Of a DNA stretch of 10,447 bases, positions 7,019 through 10,447 are shown in pieces. The notes beneath the pieces are model-generated. The model was not told where the DNA came from. It ran no database searches and saw only the letters and a program-made list of their open reading frames with translations. This DNA comes from Halalkalibacterium halodurans (GTDB lineage Bacteria > Bacillota > Bacilli > Bacillales > Bacillaceae_D). The stretch is taken from assembly GCF_004376175.1 (NCBI RefSeq), contig NZ_SNUY01000078.1:1-10447 (forward strand), in the 5' to 3' direction. The position numbers were made by a program, and so were the translations under genes. Position 1 is the first letter of the stretch, and the number at the start of each line of letters is the position of its first letter.

Positions 7019-7246
7019 CTAGAAGGCAACTACCCCTCTTAAACTGTCTCGTAACGCTCCTGCTCCCAGCACAATCACCAGTCCAACAAGAAGCCATGTA
7101 ATATTTCGCTTGCCCTTTTCCCTACCTTCTTGTCCTCCTGCAAAGAAGTTATACCCCGCCATACATAACATTACTGCACAAAAAGCCCACGCAGGCATTT
7201 GAATAAGCCCTAAGAAGTTTATTAAAGTAGAAATTACACCCTGCAT
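7019..7246 (-). CDS. VirB2/TrbC-like small two-TM protein (pilin-type T4SS subunit), 75 aa
   Basis: Track ORF. ATG at 7244-7246, with a GGAGGA SD 8 nt upstream. Two hydrophobic helices are separated by a short charged loop (GGQEGREKGKRN). The pattern LINFLGL...AFCAVMLCMAGYNFFAGG...LLVGLVIVLGAGALRDSLRG parallels mature Agrobacterium VirB2 (FILGPFGQSLAVLGIVAIGISWMFGR...GGIVIMFGASFLGKTLTG). This is recalled similarity, not a search result. Confidence 0.7.
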   Translation of the reverse strand: MQGVISTLINFLGLIQMPAWAFCAVMLCMAGYNFFAGGQEGREKGKRNITWLLVGLVIVLGAGALRDSLRGVVAF

Positions 7247-7273
7247 TTTTATAATCCTCCAATCTCATTTAAA

Positions 7274-7462
7274 TTAATCTGATACTGCTTCTAAAACAAA
7301 AGATAGATTTTCTGTGATTACTTTTTCATGTTGTGAATGTAGCCATTCATTGTAATCCACTCCTTTCAGAGCAAGAATTTTTTCAGCTTGCTCCTTCTTT
7401 GTTTTAAAATTACTTGGCTTCTTTCTTGGTCTATTTTGCTGTTCATTTTTCAGTTGTTCCAT
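7274..7462 (-). CDS. Small basic soluble protein of unknown function, 62 aa from the preferred start
   Basis: The track ORF (83 aa) starts at 7525, inside the upstream gene. The ATG at 7460-7462 has an AAAGGAG SD 8 nt upstream, and this SD overlaps the TAA stop (7476-7478) of the upstream gene. Sequence: MEQLKNEQQNRPRKKPSNFKTKKEQAEKILALKGVDYNEWLHSQHEKVITENLSFVLEAVSD. Confidence 0.65.
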   Translation of the reverse strand: MEQLKNEQQNRPRKKPSNFKTKKEQAEKILALKGVDYNEWLHSQHEKVITENLSFVLEAVSD

Positions 7463-7475
7463 ATTCTCATCTCCT

Positions 7476-10010
7476 TTATTCCAACGAAATAATATTAGAC
7501 AACCTTTCGTATAGGTCACCATCACTTGTTCTAAAAGAATGTAATAGCTGAGGTTGATCCTGCACCAATTCGAGTATTAGATTCTTTTGTGAATCCTTAA
7601 TCTCGACAGCATGTGTATAACTAACATTTAACGTAGATTCAGGTTGTTCATTGACGTATACGTCATCATAAACAGATCCTAATAGATACTTCTGAAAAGC
7701 AAATTCTTTACCAAAGTCAAGCGTTAGATCATTAAGTGTGAGCTTACCCAAAACATAATGATTCTTATACTGTCTCTCTCTATTCAGAAATGACTTTGGA
7801 TCAACAGGTAAATAGTACCTTTGACCATCAAAAGTTGTTATGTTTTCATTACTAAATTTTGACTTAGTAATTGATTCATACTCTAACTTTGCCTGTTTCT
7901 TTATATCTTCCTTACTTGACTTTCTAGGGACTGAGAACTGAAACCCTGTTTTATCTAAAATAAAAAAATCATCTTTAGCACCAAAATACGCCTTATACTG
8001 GTTTGCTTCACCCTCTTGTATTTCTATTAACTCAAGGGGAATTGCATACTCTGTATAGGCGTAAGCAGTTTTATTTTGATATTTTTTCTGTATAGATTCA
8101 TCCAAATCTACAGGGTAAAGGAACATAAAATCCTCGTCAATGTTATAAGGGAATGGCTCTCCAAAGTCTGATTTGTACTCTATTGGCTTATCAAATATCG
8201 GAAGCCAACTTTGCGTGAGTAAAGTAATCATTCTTTGATCATTAAGCTTTAGTGACTCATAATAACTTTCTTTTTCCCCTTTCGAACCTACCTCTACCGT
8301 TTGCCCTATTAAGAATCTGTGATCAGTACCAAATTCTAAATTATAGGTTTCATTATATGGATAATCTAAGTTAAACGTTTCTTCCCACTGGAAGCTTTTT
8401 TTATACTCTTTATCCCACACAGGTGTACTATCTTTGTAGATCCACTCAAAACAATGCTGTCCTTGTTGATCAGTACAAGTATAATTACGCCTAAAATGGT
8501 TCGTATACTCATAAGAAAAAGAAAACAGAACATCCCTTTTTTTTACATCCAATGGTTGTAACTTCGTTGAAAATGGTTCATCCTCTACGTTGTTAAATAC
8601 ATTTGCTGAATAGATACGATTTTCTACATTTTGTACATCAAAGTGCAACCCTGCAACCGTAGCAGAATTAACCAATAAGGTTTCACTAGGGTTATTTTCT
8701 TTAATTTTTTGTAAGCGCCATGATACTTCACCTTGAGCTTTCCCTTCTGTTGCACCATCTAATTCTTCTATACTGGAAGGGTTCGGCAAAGATACTTTGT
8801 AGGTAAATGTAAAATTCATATTGTTATTTGGTGTAGTCCCTTCATATTTTTGTCCTTCTGGCGAAGCGACAAAAGGGTTTCCGTTGGAATCCTTAAAAAA
8901 TCCAGCCTTCTCAGGTGCATACGAGTAAGAGTTTCCAACAGTAGATTTTACCTTCGTTTGCATTAATATCTTGCCTGTCGCGTAATCCTTATGAGTAATT
9001 GTTACATCAACTGTACATCTTTGATTGATGTTTACTATTGACCCATCTGGACAAACCTTTTTGGTTACTTGGTACGATAGAGTAGCAATAGTACCACCAA
9101 AAGCCCAATAGCTACTAGCTGCCCATCGAGTTCGTCCTGAATCATGAGGGCTACTGACACCATACCAAACAACAGTACTCTTTTGATCTTGGTTCACACG
9201 TTGATAAAAGCGATTGTAGTCAAAATAGTTGCCACTGTTTGTAGTCCCTCTTGGTTCGATTCGCCTGATAACACCATTTCCAATCATACGTAACTGTTGA
9301 GCGTTAATCCCACTAGAAAGGCTAATTTCACCATTACCCCAAGATAGATTTTCAAACTCAAAAGGTAAACGCAATTCGTCATAAAGAACAGTTGAACCTA
9401 CTCTTTTGACAATACGTAACTGCCAATCAGAGTTATTTTCCCCATCCTTAAAAAGCTCATCTAATGGAACATGCGCTCTAAACCCTACATGTTCATAATA
9501 CATGTTGCAAGTTGCATTATTTTGGTTTCTAGCACTATTCGCACAAGGGTTCCAAATATCCCCCGTTTGAGACTGACGGTTGAACTCCATATCTTTTGAA
9601 GCGTTAAAATTAAGTTGTTCCGCTTTATAAAACTTGTCTTCCCCAGTCCTAATATTTTTAAGCCAAATGTATGTGTCTTGGTTATTTTCTGTGTGGTGTC
9701 TATGTCCAATAACTGCTGACCATCCTGTGAAAGTTAAATATTGCCTACTACCTTTTCCAAAGTCCCTACGTTTAATGCTCCAGCCTTCTTTTCCGTCTCT
9801 TTGCATATAAACATCATATACCATCTTTTTTCCACTTTCGAAAGTAGCAGATCGATCTCCTTTTGTCCTCTTGTTTACATCGCTCATTTTAACGTCGTAA
9901 GGACTGTAACTATTCGCTAATCCATTTTCAGGGAAAGCCAACCAAAGAGCAAACCAAAGAGCAAATAATGAAAACACAACAGTTATATAGGAAATTGCTT
10001 TCTTCATCAT
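7476..10010 (-). CDS. Large secreted surface/adhesin-like protein with a MucBP-like beta domain, 844 aa from the preferred start
   Basis: The track ORF begins at a TTG at 10049, inside the upstream terminator. The ATG-ATG at 10005-10010 follows an AAAGGGGGTGAGGGA SD. It has a classical Sec signal peptide (MMKK + AISYITVVFSLFALWFALWLAF + PENGLA/NS). Residues ~346-419 in track numbering (VDVTITHKDYATGKILMQTKVKSTVGNSYSYAPEKAGFFKDSNGNPFVASPEGQKYEGTTPNNNMNFTFTYKV) fit the MucBP pattern. There are three short-range Cys pairs (169/181, 333/345, 525/533). There is no C-terminal LPXTG or TM anchor. Confidence 0.85.
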   Translation of the reverse strand: MMKKAISYITVVFSLFALWFALWLAFPENGLANSYSPYDVKMSDVNKRTKGDRSATFESGKKMVYDVYMQRDGKEGWSIKRRDFGKGSRQYLTFTGWSAVIGHRHHTENNQDTYIWLKNIRTGEDKFYKAEQLNFNASKDMEFNRQSQTGDIWNPCANSARNQNNATCNMYYEHVGFRAHVPLDELFKDGENNSDWQLRIVKRVGSTVLYDELRLPFEFENLSWGNGEISLSSGINAQQLRMIGNGVIRRIEPRGTTNSGNYFDYNRFYQRVNQDQKSTVVWYGVSSPHDSGRTRWAASSYWAFGGTIATLSYQVTKKVCPDGSIVNINQRCTVDVTITHKDYATGKILMQTKVKSTVGNSYSYAPEKAGFFKDSNGNPFVASPEGQKYEGTTPNNNMNFTFTYKVSLPNPSSIEELDGATEGKAQGEVSWRLQKIKENNPSETLLVNSATVAGLHFDVQNVENRIYSANVFNNVEDEPFSTKLQPLDVKKRDVLFSFSYEYTNHFRRNYTCTDQQGQHCFEWIYKDSTPVWDKEYKKSFQWEETFNLDYPYNETYNLEFGTDHRFLIGQTVEVGSKGEKESYYESLKLNDQRMITLLTQSWLPIFDKPIEYKSDFGEPFPYNIDEDFMFLYPVDLDESIQKKYQNKTAYAYTEYAIPLELIEIQEGEANQYKAYFGAKDDFFILDKTGFQFSVPRKSSKEDIKKQAKLEYESITKSKFSNENITTFDGQRYYLPVDPKSFLNRERQYKNHYVLGKLTLNDLTLDFGKEFAFQKYLLGSVYDDVYVNEQPESTLNVSYTHAVEIKDSQKNLILELVQDQPQLLHSFRTSDGDLYERLSNIISLE

Positions 10011-10037
10011 TAGAAGTCCCTCACCCCCTTTTCGAAT

Positions 10038-10070
10038 AAAAAAACACAAAACCTAGTAGCTTCGTGTTTT
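10038..10070 (-). terminator. Intrinsic terminator of small-peptide cassette 1
   Basis: Minus-strand RNA: AAAACACGAAGC-uacuag-GGUUUUGUGUUUU followed by further U (7 U in a row, 10038-10044). The core stem is 8 bp with two G.U pairs, flanked by A/U pairs. It overlaps the TAA stop at 10069-10071. Confidence 0.7.
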
Positions 10071-10224
10071 AGAATACATTGCGAATCGTATCTGTAATAC
10101 CTTTAAAAACAGTATCTACTGTTTGACTAAACCATCCATTATCACCACCAAGTGCTACCCCTAGCACTCCAAAGAGCATTACAGCAAGAACAATTAAAAA
10201 CAAAGATCCATTTTTTTCACCCAT
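10069..10224 (-). CDS. 51-aa single-TM membrane peptide, cassette copy 1 (not in the ORF track)
   Basis: Hand translation of the minus strand gives ATG (10222-10224) ... TAA (10069-10071): MGEKNGSLFLIVLAVMLFGVLGVALGGDNGWFSQTVDTVFKGITDTIRNVF. The SD AAAGGGGGTGA (10/11 match to AAAGGAGGTGA) ends 5 nt before the ATG. An identical peptide is encoded 209 bp upstream, with only a synonymous difference. Confidence 0.8.
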   Translation of the reverse strand: MGEKNGSLFLIVLAVMLFGVLGVALGGDNGWFSQTVDTVFKGITDTIRNVF

Positions 10225-10246
10225 CAGTTTCACCCCCTTTTCGAAT

Positions 10247-10279
10247 AAAAAAACACGAAACCTAATAGCTTCGTGTTTT
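10247..10279 (-). terminator. Intrinsic terminator of small-peptide cassette 2
   Basis: Same hairpin as at 10038-10070, but the stem G.U pair is a G-C pair here (10257 g versus 10048 a on the plus strand) and the loop differs by one base. It is followed by U7. Confidence 0.7.
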
Positions 10280-10433
10280 AGAATACATTGCGAATCGTAT
10301 CTGTGATACCTTTAAAAACAGTATCTACTGTTTGACTAAACCATCCATTATCACCACCAAGTGCTACCCCTAGCACTCCAAAGAGCATTACAGCAAGAAC
10401 AATTAAAAACAAAGATCCATTTTTTTCACCCAT
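10278..10433 (-). CDS. 51-aa single-TM membrane peptide, cassette copy 2 (not in the ORF track)
   Basis: ATG at 10431-10433 and TAA at 10278-10280. The protein is identical to copy 1, with a single synonymous ATT/ATC difference at Ile43. It has the same consensus-like SD. Confidence 0.8.
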   Translation of the reverse strand: MGEKNGSLFLIVLAVMLFGVLGVALGGDNGWFSQTVDTVFKGITDTIRNVF

Positions 10434-10447
10434 CAGCTTCACCCCCT

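Larger units (their letters stand above)
10021..10447. repeat. Tandem 209-bp direct repeat (gene cassette: SD + 51-aa ORF + terminator), 2 full copies plus the start of a third at the window edge
   Basis: Copy 1 is 10021-10229 and copy 2 is 10230-10438. The first 9 nt of another unit (ttcaccccct) occupy 10439-10447. The two full copies differ at 4 of 209 positions (unit offsets 28, 36, 86, 208). Confidence 0.95.

Noticed and set aside
7463-7525. N-terminal extension of the small basic protein (83-aa track version)
   Set aside because: It overlaps the 3' end of the adhesin-like CDS by 50 nt and has no SD. The internal ATG at 7462 has an AAAGGAG SD at ideal spacing.
7476-7600. A sortase (LPXTG) or other C-terminal anchor on the 844-aa secreted protein
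   Set aside because: The C-terminus (…LLHSFRTSDGDLYERLSNIISLE) has no LPXTG-like motif, hydrophobic stretch or positively charged tail.
9485-9709. A 74-aa minus-strand ORF nested in the adhesin-like gene
   Set aside because: It is out of frame inside the 844-aa CDS, has no SD, and has no features of its own.
10011-10049. N-terminal extension of the adhesin-like ORF (track start MCFFIRKGGEGLL, TTG at 10049)
   Set aside because: The TTG lies within the upstream terminator hairpin/U-tract. The extension would be translated from the SD sequence itself and would bury the signal peptide. The ATG at 10010 has a proper SD.
10021-10447. The 209-bp repeats as an IS/MITE remnant, a type I toxin-antitoxin array, or Flp-type prepilin genes
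   Set aside because: There are no terminal inverted repeats or transposase fragments, and each unit is an intact SD-ORF-terminator. I found no convincing antisense (plus-strand) promoter for an antitoxin RNA; TTGACT at 10122 has no -10 partner, and the SD is exposed rather than sequestered. The peptide lacks the G/XXXXEY prepilin peptidase motif and has only a 6-residue N-terminus. The toxin and pilin-like ideas remain untested alternatives, not calls.

Overview
AT-rich (about one third G+C by eye), Bacillota-style accessory DNA. Every credible gene is on the minus strand, tightly packed, with strong Gram-positive Shine-Dalgarno (SD) sites. It reads as part of a conjugative plasmid/ICE transfer (type IV secretion, T4SS) operon. 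In transcription order (high to low coordinates): (1) at least two tandem 209-bp cassettes, continuing past the window edge, each encoding an identical 51-aa membrane peptide that is absent from the ORF track and has its own near-consensus SD and terminator; (2) an 844-aa secreted adhesin-like protein; (3) a 62-aa basic protein; (4) a 75-aa VirB2/TrbC-like two-TM protein followed by a strong terminator; (5) acidic proteins of 418 aa and 177 aa with unknown function; (6) a 535-aa zinc-ribbon/Toprim primase whose C-terminus looks like two SpoVG-like domains, followed by a terminator; (7) a 245-aa T2SSF/TadB-like polytopic membrane protein; (8) a 736-aa VirB6-like membrane protein whose C-terminal third consists of two near-perfect in-frame tandem repeat arrays (39 bp and 60 bp); (9) a 107-aa PrgI/VirB3-like protein. 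The last ~100 nt should hold the start of the next gene (a VirB4-type ATPase is expected), but no clean start is visible. I saw no rRNA, tRNA, CRISPR, transposase or integrase. All family assignments come from recalled motif and topology patterns, not from searches.
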